Origin: Octopus sinensis
Lineage: Eukaryota
Reading direction: 5' to 3'
NCBI RefSeq assembly: GCF_006345805.1
Contig: NC_043022.1
Location: forward strand, 17,732,001-17,796,000
DNA: 64,000 nucleotides
Below the pieces are notes generated by a model. That model had not been told where the DNA came from. It did no database searches and saw only the letters and a list, made by a program, of their open reading frames with translations. Positions 1 to 11,631 of this stretch are shown here, piece after piece. Position 1 is the stretch's first letter. Every line of letters begins with the position of its first letter. A program made the position numbers and the translations under genes.

Positions 1-286
1 ATTCTGTGATGGTGTGTGGCCTCGTGGTTAGAGATTTACACTCAGGATCAGGATGCAGTTGTGAGTTTGATTCCTGGACTGAGTTGTGCATTGTATTCTT
101 GAGCGAAACATTTCTTTTCACATTGCTCCAGTTGACTCAGCTGTAAGTGGGTGATGGTCCAGCTTCTGTGGGTAGGGGATGATAATGTTGGCTGCCATCA
201 TTTGAAAGCTAAAATGATGCAACACGCATTGTGACTAGTGATGTATAACAACATCGGATGGTCTAGTCAATCATGATGTGTATATT

Positions 287-465
287 TTACTAGCAGCAAT
301 TCCCATCCTTGTGTAGGGTTTCAGAAAATGTCAGGAAAACTTACATAATCTAGGATCTTCTCCTTGGACGGATGTACCCTTGTCCAAAATTTCAAGTAGC
401 TTGCTGCAAAACTGTGACCTTCAGAAACAAGTATAACAGATATTCACTTTTATATTTTAAGATTA
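287..465 (+). mobile_element. Helentron/Helitron-associated MITE-like remnant
   Basis: Starts tACTAGcagc; its 3' part (ccaaaatttcaa...aacagatattcacttttatatt) resembles Lep1/HINE-type ends as I recall them. Confidence 0.45.
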
Positions 466-553
466 TATGAACAACTAAACACAAAAATAAGGCCAATAAT
501 TTACATTCTTGGCATTCAAACTGATAACTAATCCACCAGAGACACCACCATTA

Positions 554-555
<2 letters not shown>

Positions 556-628
<73 letters not shown>
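556..628. repeat. (CT)n microsatellite
   Basis: Direct observation. Confidence 0.99.
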
Positions 629-631
<3 letters not shown>

Positions 632-1931
632 TTTCAGCCTTGGCTCTATTACTATATCTTTGGTGCAGGCCTTCTCACTTACCAGAAAACCAACACTTGT
701 ATAACATCTGTACTCTCTTCTTGTCTCTTATAACAATGACCTCTTCTCTAAACATGCCAGCCATGACCCACACGTGGACAAACTTATAATACCCATTGTC
801 GTCATCTTGTTTTGCTTCATATTAAGATTTAGCTGGCATTTACCTTCTTGCTTGTACGTTTACAGGAGATCTTGAAACTGTGACTTCAAAATAACATTAT
901 TTAGTGTTCTTGTTGCTTACAGCAAAGAGATTTTATCATTCATTCTGACTTTGTTTCCATATATATTTTTCCCTAAAAAATATTGATGTGAAGAAATTCA
1001 AGCTGAACGAAATTTCCATCGACCTTACAAGTGTAGGTGGGCCCTACCTGCTATTTCTAGACTCTCCTATTTCTCAGATTATTTAAAAAACAATCTCGGT
1101 GACTCATGCAAGAAAGAATTTTCTTTAATGAAATATGTTTTCAGTCAGAAGTAGAAGTATACGAGATGTTGCCAGTGGTTTGAAAGGGAAGGAATTCTGG
1201 ACCAAGATTTCAAATCAGATAACCTGTTTCTATTATGTCTGATTGTGTAATGTGGCTAGGAAAATATAGACATGATTAAAGTCCAAGAAGTTTAAAGTCA
1301 ATCTGATCTTGATTGTATTCCTCTGCCCCACCTCACTATTTATATATATATATATAATATATATTTATTTTTTGCTTGTGTGGGTTTTATTATGTAAGTA
1401 TGAAAGCTGTGATGTTTTAGAGTTTTGAACTTCATACTTTCTTGAAAGATATCAATATTTGAAGGCTTTTATTTCCAAGAAGATAGACAGTTGACATTTC
1501 TTTTGTGTTTCTGGGACAAAAGCAGTATTAGTGAAACAATAATATCAGCAACAGTTTGTGTGGGTGAATGTGTACACACACACACACACACACAAATGCT
1601 GGTGCCACGTAAAAAGCACTCAGTCCACTCTGTAAAGCGGATGGTGTTAGGAAGGGTATCCAGCTGTAAAAACCATGTCAAATCAGTATAGTTTTGCACA
1701 GTCCTCTGGTTTACTAGCTCCTGCTAAAACGTCTGACCCAGCATTGAAGGTAGTTGTTAGATGATGATGATGATATATATATATATATATATATAGGAAA
1801 AATAGAAGTTAAAAAGGCATTGAGAATAGTTAAAATATATATTAATATATTTAAAGCTTTAATCAGTTTCCACTGATTTTCAAAAAGTTGAAATAGAAAG
1901 ATGTGGCTTATGTCGCAGCTGTTTTGCTTCT

Positions 1932-2648
1932 GACTAGTGTTTGAAGCTTGCCCTATTTTTATAGGGAGTTCGTGGCTCAAATTAGCATTTGTTTTGAATA
2001 AGGTTTGATTGGTAGCAGATAGTCACATGACTGGTCTTAGAAATGTTTGTAGGTTTCCTGCTAGATCCATGTGTTAGTATCAAGTGACAACTCATGGTCA
2101 GTGGATTTTTAATGACAATGAAAAGGTGGTTTATCAATTCAAAAATCAATGTCCTTGAAAGAATCGTACTTTCTGATTTTTTAATGCTAAAAACCTTCCT
2201 GATGACCGTCTTTTTAACCCCCCAAAATATCATAAACATTGGTTCATTCCTCTGGTCGTGAAGAGAGGACAGACAGATGGCCATAATGCCCATTATAGTT
2301 AGATAGCAAATCTGCCCATCTATGATAGGAAATAAAGGGATGGTATCACAAATCTAAACCCTCTAAATTCACGAACTGTACGGATTGGGTGGGTGGGGGT
2401 GGAATCCAGAGTTGATCCTCGTCACTGGAATTTTAATTTTAAAAAATCCAAGATGATTTATGAATACAAAACTCAATATCCACTTAATAATCATACTTTT
2501 TCACATTTTCTTTTTTTTGCTAAAAACCTTCATGATTACCTCCTTTGTAATCATGAAAAGCATTGTAACCATTGGTCCAGCTGTTTGACCATGAAGAGGG
2601 AACAGAGAGAAAGATGGACAGACAGGCGGACATATCCATTATAGTAGG
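1932..2648 (+). mobile_element. Two tandem Helentron-associated MITE-like remnants
   Basis: Each begins with an ACTAG-like start and a short hairpin (ccctatttttataggg; cccatctatgatagg) and ends in gacagacag...ccattatagt(t)ag (~2300 and ~2648). Confidence 0.5.
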
Positions 2649-4139
2649 ATTTCAAGATTGCTATCAACTGGAAAGAGAAAGTGAGAGAGAGAGAGTTACT
2701 AAAGTTGACCCATCTTTTAAGCTCTCTCTCTCTCTCCTAATTCTGTCAAAACATGTTAACCTAATAACCTTATTTTTACCACAATGAAATCACTTTTTAT
2801 TTTTCATTTTTGATATTCTTGGGGATAATTTTATTGAATATGTTTTTTAAGGCTCATACATATTCCATTGCTCTCTTTTGTTGAACTGCTAAGTTACAAG
2901 GATGTAAACACACAAACACTGGTTGTCAAATGGTGGACAGACAGGCAGACAAACACACACACACATGACAGGCTTCTTTCAGTTTCTGTCTACCAAATCC
3001 TTTCACAAGGCTTTGGTTGGCCTAAAGCTATAGTAGAAGATACTTACCCAAGGTACCATGCAGTGGGACTGAACCTGGAACCATGTAGTAGGGAAAGAAG
3101 CTTCTAACCCCACAGCTTTTCGTGTGCCTGTATGATGACTATTTTTTGTGATTTTTGTAGGTTTTTATCCCACTCTTACAAACCACCAAACTTTTTTGTC
3201 AGAAAAGAGAAATTATTTATGGAATGGAAACAATTTTCCTTTTTTTTCTTCTTTTTTTCTTTTAAATTAAAAAGAAATGTTTCTTCCCGTCTTTTGTCCC
3301 CTCTCTTCCCAATGTGGTTTCAGTTTCTGACAAATGCTACCTTTTCTCTTTAAAATAATCAGATATTTTTAGGGGTCGATAAAATAAGTACCAGTTGAAC
3401 ATAGAGGGTCAATCTGACTTACCCCCTCCCCTGAAACTGCTGGCCTTGTGCCAAAATTTGAAAGCAATATTAATACATAGTAATTAAAACCTTAGTTTAA
3501 TTTATTTTCAATGTCTTTTTTTAGATAAAATATGAGAATATTTATTTATGATAAAATTATCTTACCTCTTTAATGAGTAAATTCTTTTATATATTCATTG
3601 GTGTTGTAAATTATTTGCATGGCTGCAACCGAAAATGATGTTACTCATGGCTAAAGTCTTCACTTTGTTACTTGTTTGGTATCTGTTAGTGAATTGTTTT
3701 TAAGTAAAAGAAATTAAAAATAACATCAACATCATCGTTTAACATCCGTTTTCTGTGCTAGCAAGGTGCCATGCAGTGGGACTGAACCCAGAACCATGGG
3801 GAAATGTCTGTCAAAATACAAAATATGATTGGCTGACGGCTAACACTTTCAAATGCAAAGTAATCCATGCAGCTTTGACTCTACTCAGAAACTGAGATGT
3901 GTCCTGTTACTTGCACGATTCAGATTTAGGAGTGCCAGCTCACACCATCTGGTTATGTTACTTGGGGGTTTTTTGAGTCAGAACCTACGTACTGTGTTCT
4001 TTTCACGGAGGATCTGGCTGGGTTTATGGTTCATGTTGGCCAACAACAGGCCACCTGGTCACTGCAGATGGAGAGCTATCTTGCGGAGAGGCGGACTAAC
4101 TAGGACTCTACTTGATGGGTTGCCCAGGAGAACCTAGGA

Positions 4140-4490
4140 ATATACCAACAAATGTTTACTGCAGTAACACACTGCAACAGTGCATACCTCTTGGACCACC
4201 AAGAGCTGTAGTTAAGTTCTGATCTTTGTGGATCTTAAAACGTCTTTTGAGGCCTCCTTTAGATATTCAGACCTTATTGCATATTATGGCACTGAAAGGT
4301 GTGCACAGAATAGTTGGTGGAGGTTTGTTTCTCATGAACCTGAAAATGGGATTTGAGCCCAGCAAAAGAAAGGCATGTTCTGTCACAAACTGTGCACACA
4401 AAAAGGTCATTGAGATTCACCTTCTCGATTGCAACATTCTTTAAATCTCTCTTGAGCCTTGTATGTGTTATCCTGGCCTCCCCAAACACT
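4140..4490 (-). mobile_element. Degenerate RTE-like LINE 3' end with C2H2 zinc-finger motifs
   Basis: FVCTVCDRTCLSFAGLKSHFQVH, plus a second frameshifted finger C..CNKV*ISKGGLKRRFKIH. Confidence 0.6.
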
Positions 4491-5685
4491 TTCACTCCAC
4501 ACTTTTGTTTGTAATCCAACACACACACACACACTATTTCCCAATGTGTCTACTATTTGTATTTGTTATACATCCACCATTAAGAATACCCCCTGTAGAA
4601 TTATGTATAAATAAATAAAGAAATATGCATTAAAATTTAAGAAAGATATCATCTGTTAAAAGAAAGCTAAATTAGCCTGTATGAGATGTAAAAGAGCATA
4701 TTTCCCTCTGATAACTATGAAATATAAAAGAGCTGATGTCATACAAATAACTAGTCTTACATATATTATAAAAATTCAAATGTCTCCAGTGGTAACACAA
4801 CTTGAACAATCATAATGATAATCTACATTGAATACATCAATTTTGTCATGCTTGAAAAATATTCAACACTCTAAATATTAATAATGTACAAATAAGAGTT
4901 GATATATGATATCACTAAGGACGAGGAAGATATGGTTACTTGTTTTCTATCTGATATAAAGAGGAGGCCTTGAACTCTATCTACAGGATGTAGAGTAGCA
5001 ACACAACACACGTACTGAAATCAACATATGCACACACACACACACACGTACTGAAATCAACATGCACACGCACACACACACGCACACAGCTGCTACTCTC
5101 CTCTTGGTCACTTATTGGACATCCATTACACCCCACTCCCATCCTTTTCCACAACTGTCCATCATGCACAGACGCACGCACTCTCATTATTCACTACCAA
5201 TACTCTCTCTCTCTCTCTCATTATTCACTACTATTACTTTCTCTCCCGCTCATTTCTCCCTCCTTTTCCATTCTGTAATCCCAATCTCGATCTGTTTCCT
5301 CTGCCCCCCCCCCCAATCATTAATTCATCTGCACTCATCATCATCTCTATTGATCACTGCTTTTCTGGAACAGAGATTGGGCAGTGAAGACTCTTTAGTC
5401 TTCCAGGATAGAAGGCAACCTCACTAGGACTGGAACCACCATGAGATCTGTCCAACAGACTCTGTGAAGTGGTCGAAGAATACAAGGAGAGACTGCAAGG
5501 TTAAGAGGAAGATTGAAGATATGACAATTTCTCTGGGGCTGGAACCAGGATCAAAGACACCCAGTACACTTCGTAAAGTCAGGTTAAGAGAAACCTTTAG
5601 GGGAGGGGATAGGTTTATTACATCAGCCCCAGTGTCCAACAGGTACTTGTTTTATCAACCCTGGAAGGATAATAATAATAATAAA

Positions 5686-6258
5686 TGCCCTGATGCAGTC
5701 CCAGGCAGTGGTTCTCATGGCTTCTGATCTTAACTGATTGGAAGTGTTATCATGTCCATTGTTTTGTCTTGGTATACAAGATGGGCTACAGCAAATATTC
5801 TGCTCAATACCACAGATTTGCTTGTCAGTTGTTTGACCGTAGCTAGTTGAGCATGTCCCTTAGTGGCTGACGATATGTGCATCACTGATCACGTGCAGAA
5901 GTATATGGGGGAGCATCATAGCCATGTGTTGAGAGGAATTCTTTGGGGTTTGGAGAGGAATTCTTTGGGGATAATTCACTTTTGGAAATGTAGGTGCTTC
6001 ATTCAACATCCTCAAACAACCCTTATTCAGGGACCTTTTGAGCAGGATGGGCTACTTGACCTGCAGAAAATTCTAACAGGGCCCCACCTGCAAGGTCATT
6101 CGCTATTTATCTTGGTATGAGATCACAGTGTTGTGCACATATGGTTATGATGCATGTGCCTGGTATACCGTTATCAGACGTGTATTCGTGATGGGTATAC
6201 TGGGCTTTGTATATTTTACCCCAGTGTCACTTTGATGGCATGCACTGCTCTCTCACTC
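5686..6258 (+). repeat. ~570-bp non-coding interspersed element bounded by (AAT)n, copy 1
   Basis: Homologous end to end to 44877-45413; (AAT)n on both sides; internal duplication of gagaggaattctttgggg at ~5931-5970. Confidence 0.9.
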
Positions 6259-6293
<35 letters not shown>

Positions 6294-7854
6294 TATGTTT
6301 CAAAGGTTTCGTAGGCCTCTATGTGCTTCACTTTAAGAAGACAAAAAAGTTCTTGAACTTACAGATTAAGGAACTGTTTAATGTGTCGACTGTTTTCAAG
6401 AATATTGCTTTCAGATTATGGCACAAGGCCAGTATTTTTGGGGACGGTTTAAGTCGATTACTGGTGCTTAACTGGTACGTATTTTATTGACCCCCTAAAG
6501 GGATAAAAGGCAAATTTGACCTTGGTGGAATTTGAATTCAGAGTATAAACATGGATGGAATGCCTCTAAGCATTTTGCCCGGCATGTGAACGAATCTGGC
6601 ATCTTGCTGTTTTGAAGAATCTTAACATTTCAATGTAGTGAAACTAGCTTCAGAAACTGAAACTGGTCTAGAGGTTTGGCCCATGAGGAACTTAGCATGT
6701 TATTAAATACTGATATAAGATAATGAGGGACCCTGTAAGTGGTTGCTTAGCTTGCTAGAAATAATAACCAAGAGTCCTTCAAATCACACCTCACCATCAT
6801 AAAAATGGAAACAGATAATATGATAATCAATCACCAAAAGACAGGATGGTCACAGCTGGAGTGCTCAATCAGGCTTCACCTTTGAACACAAAAACAACTT
6901 ATGTTTCTTCATGATTTTGTCCCCACCTCCTCTTTTACATTTGAAATGTAAATTTTGTTTTAATCAATTCATTATGTTTAGTTCGTTTACATTTCAAATT
7001 ATCGAAACATTTTCTGGCTGTGAAGAATGTGAGGCTATTAATGAAGGAATTATTGTTTTTATTGATGAGTGGATGACTCATGTCCTGTTTGGCCACAACA
7101 TCTGACACTGACCAACGAGCTACCTGTTGTTATGCTTTAGCCCTTGGTTATCTCTGATTGATCCATGATTAATATCATTCCATTGCTTTGCTTTTTTTTT
7201 TTTTTCTCTTTTTATCTCCGATTATAGTGTTTAATTTCCTTCAGTTCCTTTTAAGATGGTCAGGGATGATTTGGTCAGCAGCTCAACCAACTGACACACT
7301 CTGTCGGTTATAATAAAGAAGGTTCCAGTTGATTTGATCAGTGGAACATCCTGCTCTTCTTGCAAGCAGCTGAGCACTTCACATCTTTAAAGGGAGATTC
7401 AGCATGACACAGGATGTGACAAGGCTGGACCCTTTGAATTACTGGTACAACTCATTTTTACCAGCTGAGGCGAGACTGGAGCAACTTTAAAGAAAGTATC
7501 TTGCTCAAGGAACCAATGACCCCCCCCCCAATCAAACTTTGACTTTACAATCATAAGTTGAATACACTAACCATTAAGCTACACACCTCCACATGGCTGG
7601 CAGCTCGACAAACTCCCTTGGTTATTTAAAGAACTACAAATAACTGAAAAATTGATGAAAATTTCCTTAATTTTCAGTTTTGCTGAATGTCTGATTTACA
7701 TTGAAAATTTTAGAAATTTTAACAGGTAATTAATTTGGAATGTTTTTTTCTTCTAAAAAAGTTTCTCTGATTAAAAGAACCTCAAAATTAAGCAGAACTA
7801 ATTGCTTTATGTTGATTAATTTTAAGATTATTCTACTATTTTTAAGGGCATCAT

Positions 7855-8095
7855 CATCATCATTGTTTAATGTCTGTTTTCCATGCTAGCATGGGTTGAA
7901 CAGTTCAACCGGGGTCTGGGAAGCCAGGAGGCTGCACCAGGCTCCAGTCTGATCTGGCAGTGTTTCTACAGCTGGATGCCTTTGAAACACTGCCAGATCA
8001 GACTGGAGCCTGGTGCAGCCTCCTGGCTTCCCAGACCCCGGTTGAACTGTTCAACCCATGCTAGCATGGAAAATGGACATTAAACGATGATGATG
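7855..8095. repeat. Near-perfect inverted repeat of two RTE 3' ends (112-bp arms, 17-nt loop)
   Basis: Arms 7855-7966 and 7984-8095 have three mismatches, all G.U-compatible on the + strand. Confidence 0.97.
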
Positions 8096-8118
8096 GCATA
8101 TCAATCCTAAATTTTCCC

Positions 8119-8495
8119 ATAGGCACAGGAGCGGCTGTGTGGCAAGTAACTTGCTTACCAACCACATGGTTCCAGGTTCATTCTCCCTGCATGACACCTT
8201 AAGCAAATGTCTTCTACTATAGCCTCGGGCCGATCAAAGCCTTGTAAGTGGATTTGGTAGACAGAAACTGTACAAGGGCTGTCCTGTAACTATTTATGTG
8301 TGTGTGTGTCACAGCCTGACAACCAGTGATGGTTTTGTTTACATCCTTGTAACTTAGTAGTTCAACAAAATGAGAGCAATGGAACAAATACCAGACTTAA
8401 ACATAAGTCCTGGGGTTGATTTGTTCAACTAAAACCCTTCAAGGCAGTGCCCCAGCATGGCCACAGTCCAATGACTGAAACAAGTGAAAGAATAG
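8119..8495 (+). repeat. tRNA-derived SINE family A (CORE-like CCTTGGGCAAGT box, internal TA/TG microsatellite)
   Basis: Same family recurs at ~2866-3132(-), 8540-8870(-), 22560-22700(-), 26487-26905, 30588-30935, 35900-36090(-), 38257-38665, 39596-39955, 43000-43312, 45620-45875 and 62920-63090(-). Confidence 0.85.
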
Positions 8496-8539
8496 AAGAG
8501 TACTTCAGGGTGTTTTAGAAATTTATTTTATATATACTG

Positions 8540-8870
8540 GTTTTCAGTCATTTGACCGTGGCCATGCTGGAGCATCACCTTGTAATTTTAGTTAAACAAA
8601 TCAACCCCAATACTTATTTTTATTTAAGCCTGGTACTTATTCTATTGGTTTCTTTTGCTGAACTGCTAGTTTACGAGGATGTAAACCCACCAACACCAGT
8701 TATCAAGCAGTGGTGGAACGCAGACACATGATGGACTTCTTTTAGTTTCCATCTACCAAATCCATTTGCAAGACTTTGGTCAGCCTGAGGCTGTAGTAGA
8801 AGATACTTGGTGCCGAGGGACTGAAACCTGGGACCATGTGGTTGTGGAGCGAGCTTCTTCCCGGCCATGC
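8540..8870 (-). repeat. SINE family A copy, tail-to-tail with 8119-8495
   Basis: Reverse complement of the family A sequence. Confidence 0.85.
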
Positions 8871-9095
8871 TGGCACCTCAGTTTCTAGACAGTCTTTTGA
8901 CTTTTCCTCACCCCCCACCCCTCAGTGGAAAAACTACTTGTAAGCAATTACAATGATAACAATGATGATGATATTAACAGAACAATTGTGGAAACTGTTT
9001 TCTCTTTGTCCTTTTCCCTCTCATCTGACGTTCATAATTCTCCCTCATCTTTGTCTCTCACATCTTTCCCTGTTTTCTTTCTCCCATCTTTTTTT

Positions 9096-9133
<38 letters not shown>

Positions 9134-9699
9134 GTTTCATTGATTCCCTTCTACCATTGATCATTTCCATTGTCTTACATTCTAAAGCCAACACCTGCTT
9201 TAGTTTTGATGTCTTTATATCTTGAAGCATTTGATTTCTATCGACACTATTTTCTGCTGTCAGTTGAGATCTTACAAAGTGGTTGAAATAGAAAATAACA
9301 AGAACAAAGGCCACAAATAAAAGACATTCCCCCCCCCCCCATCTTTTAATGTTAATTCCTTCCTTCATTTCCATTTTCCCCGATTATTGAAAAGTGTCCT
9401 TTTGTTGTTTATTATTCTTACACATTGTTCCTGCTCGCAACAAATAGATCTGCAGTTTTAAGTGTGATACTACAGAGTAAACCTGGTGGCTCTTATTGCT
9501 GACTAAAGCTATAGACAAGATGAACAACAACGAAGACACGGTGAAAATAAAAGACAAGAAAACAGTGATGGACTGTTGTTAGGGGCTCAGAATGTCTTGT
9601 GGTTATATGTTGCAGCTCTGTATTTTGAGTTCAATTTCTGGCCTAGCTGCTACATTTATAAACCTTCCTCAAATTTTTAAAGGTTTTTGTTTTCATAAA

Positions 9700-11110
9700 T
9701 ACTATAAAGCAATTATTGCTCAGAGTTTTAATTCTGAAAAAGTCGTTACATTTTCTTTTTTAAATTGATTGAAAGAGGAAACACTAGGGGCCATTGTTTC
9801 TTCATGGTGTCCAAGTTTTGTAGTTGTGAAAAATCTTAATAAATTAAGAATGCTGATAGATTACTCAGAAACTGTTTCATCATTTTATTCCTTTCAATGT
9901 CTATTCCTCACCATTAATTTGTCATGTTAGGGTCATTATCAAATCCCTATTGTTGATGCTTTTGCAGTAGTTGAAAGTAATGGAAAATTCTACCAATTCT
10001 GTATCTTTTAGTATTGAAGAATGGTTTGGTTGTTTTTTCAAAGAATAATTACTAACCAAAAGATAATTGTGAATTATCCATATTAGGTGAATGGGAGGAG
10101 GGGATACAAACTTCCTTTAGAAACTCTAAAGCCAGACCCAGAAAAAAAAAAGAGATCCTTCCAGCTTCTTATAATAAAAGATAATTTGAAAGGTTGTTAG
10201 GGATGTTCTCAGACTATTTTATGTCGATTCCATGTTACTCAGATTAAACGGAGAGATACATTTTTATCATTTTTCAACAGAATCTCAAAAATATGGAAAT
10301 CTTGTGGTTTTTTAAGGGTACAACACTTGAAATGGTTGATGAATCTAAAATATTTGTACTTCAAACTGATGTCTGTGAGGTGGTCATTTCTGGAATATTG
10401 ATGTAAAAAAAATCCTTGTCCTAAAGCTTATTTTTTAAAAGTCAGTAACTATTTATGAACAAAAACATTCTTTGCTTGAATGGGAAGCGTTTGCTATTGT
10501 TGGTAAAGTCAGAAAGTGGAGTCATTGGTTAATTGCAAACTTATTAACTGTTCATGAAACTGTTTTATTTTCAGTAACAGATGTTCATCAAAAGTTGAAA
10601 ATAATAAACTTGTTGTGTTTACCATTGTAGTTCTCTGAATACACTTTTGACAGATGGATTCTTCTGGAAGAGAAAACCTTGCTGGTTCTTTTTCAAGAAT
10701 TAGTTTTGCTTCTTCAAACTTCTCTGTTTCTCCACTCCATCAACATCTTGTTTGGTTTTATCAAGATGTGGAATCCAGGAATTTCTCTTCCAATGGAGTT
10801 ATATATCTCTTGTAGAAGTTCTGTCACTATGAAGCTACAGTGTTTTTCATTGTTAATACATGTGGCTACTCAACCACTGGAAAGACAGTCTGATTGACTT
10901 CAGGGTACCAAAGGAATCAGGTGCCAAAAATAAATACATCGAGTTATGGTAGAGAAATATGCAAAGTTCACATTTGTCTATTCATATCTAGGAATCACTG
11001 CTGCCACAAGAATTAAATAAATTGTTGGCTCTGATTATTTGTGTTGACTGGAAATCCAGTCTGTCTATGCAGTGTCCATGGATGTTAATGTCTTTGGATG
11101 TCTTAAATTT
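9700..11110 (+). mobile_element. Highly degenerate Ty3/Gypsy LTR retrotransposon pol (RT-RNase H-integrase)
   Basis: Motifs occur in Gypsy order across frameshifts: SSWCPSFVVVKNLNKLRMLIDYSETV (9799-9876), ESNGKFYQFC, VDESKIFVLQTDVCEVVISGILM (10335-10403), EWEAFAIVGKVRKWSHWL, GRENLAGSFSRI, NPGI, ATQPLER.IDF, VEKYAKFTF. No LTRs identified; boundaries approximate. Confidence 0.85.
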
Positions 11111-11579
11111 ATTTTCATTAACTCATTAGCATTATTTATTCACATTGTTTTGAATTAATTATGCATTATCTCCTAGCTTTTAAGATTTCAATGATGTGAT
11201 TATTTTTAGAATAGCATTGTAGAGTAGGTGTGATAAGCCTGATCTGGTCAGCTTCAACATTAAAGCAGGTAAAAATACTTGGGCCTGGTTTGGATGCTGA
11301 AGGGTTAAATTTTGAAATAGGTTGTATCTGTGGGACTCCATACCATCTGCAGGCATGAGGGTCATATGACATGAGGCTACATTCAGCTGCTTTTTTCTAG
11401 CAGGTCAAGTGTCCACATAGAAGCTCCCTTGTGCTAACAGCAGATAACTGTTCAGCTCTAATAATAAGTACTACCACCATTGATATAAAACACTTTTCTC
11501 TTGATTGTTGATGGCATTTCTTTCATTTCATGACAATATAAACAACTTGCTTGTCTTAATTCTCTATTCAAGCCTCTCT

Positions 11580-11631
<52 letters not shown>

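Noticed and set aside
345-418. Minus-strand exon-like segment (GHSFAASYLKFWTRVHPSKEKILDY, donor gtaagt)
   Set aside because: It lies within a Helentron-type MITE-like remnant, two frames are equally open, and no homolog is recognised.
509-733. ORF-track hits with SL, HT, YI, CV or RE runs (this one and many others)
   Set aside because: They are translations of (CT)n, (CA)n and (TA)n microsatellites.
2096-2340. Apparent degenerate + strand ORF (GQWIFNDNEKVVYQF...)
   Set aside because: Multiple stops, and the region is better explained by tandem non-coding MITE remnants.
5407-5499. Exon-like segment containing DLSNRLCEVVEEYKERLQ
   Set aside because: All three frames contain a stop between the acceptor and the donor.
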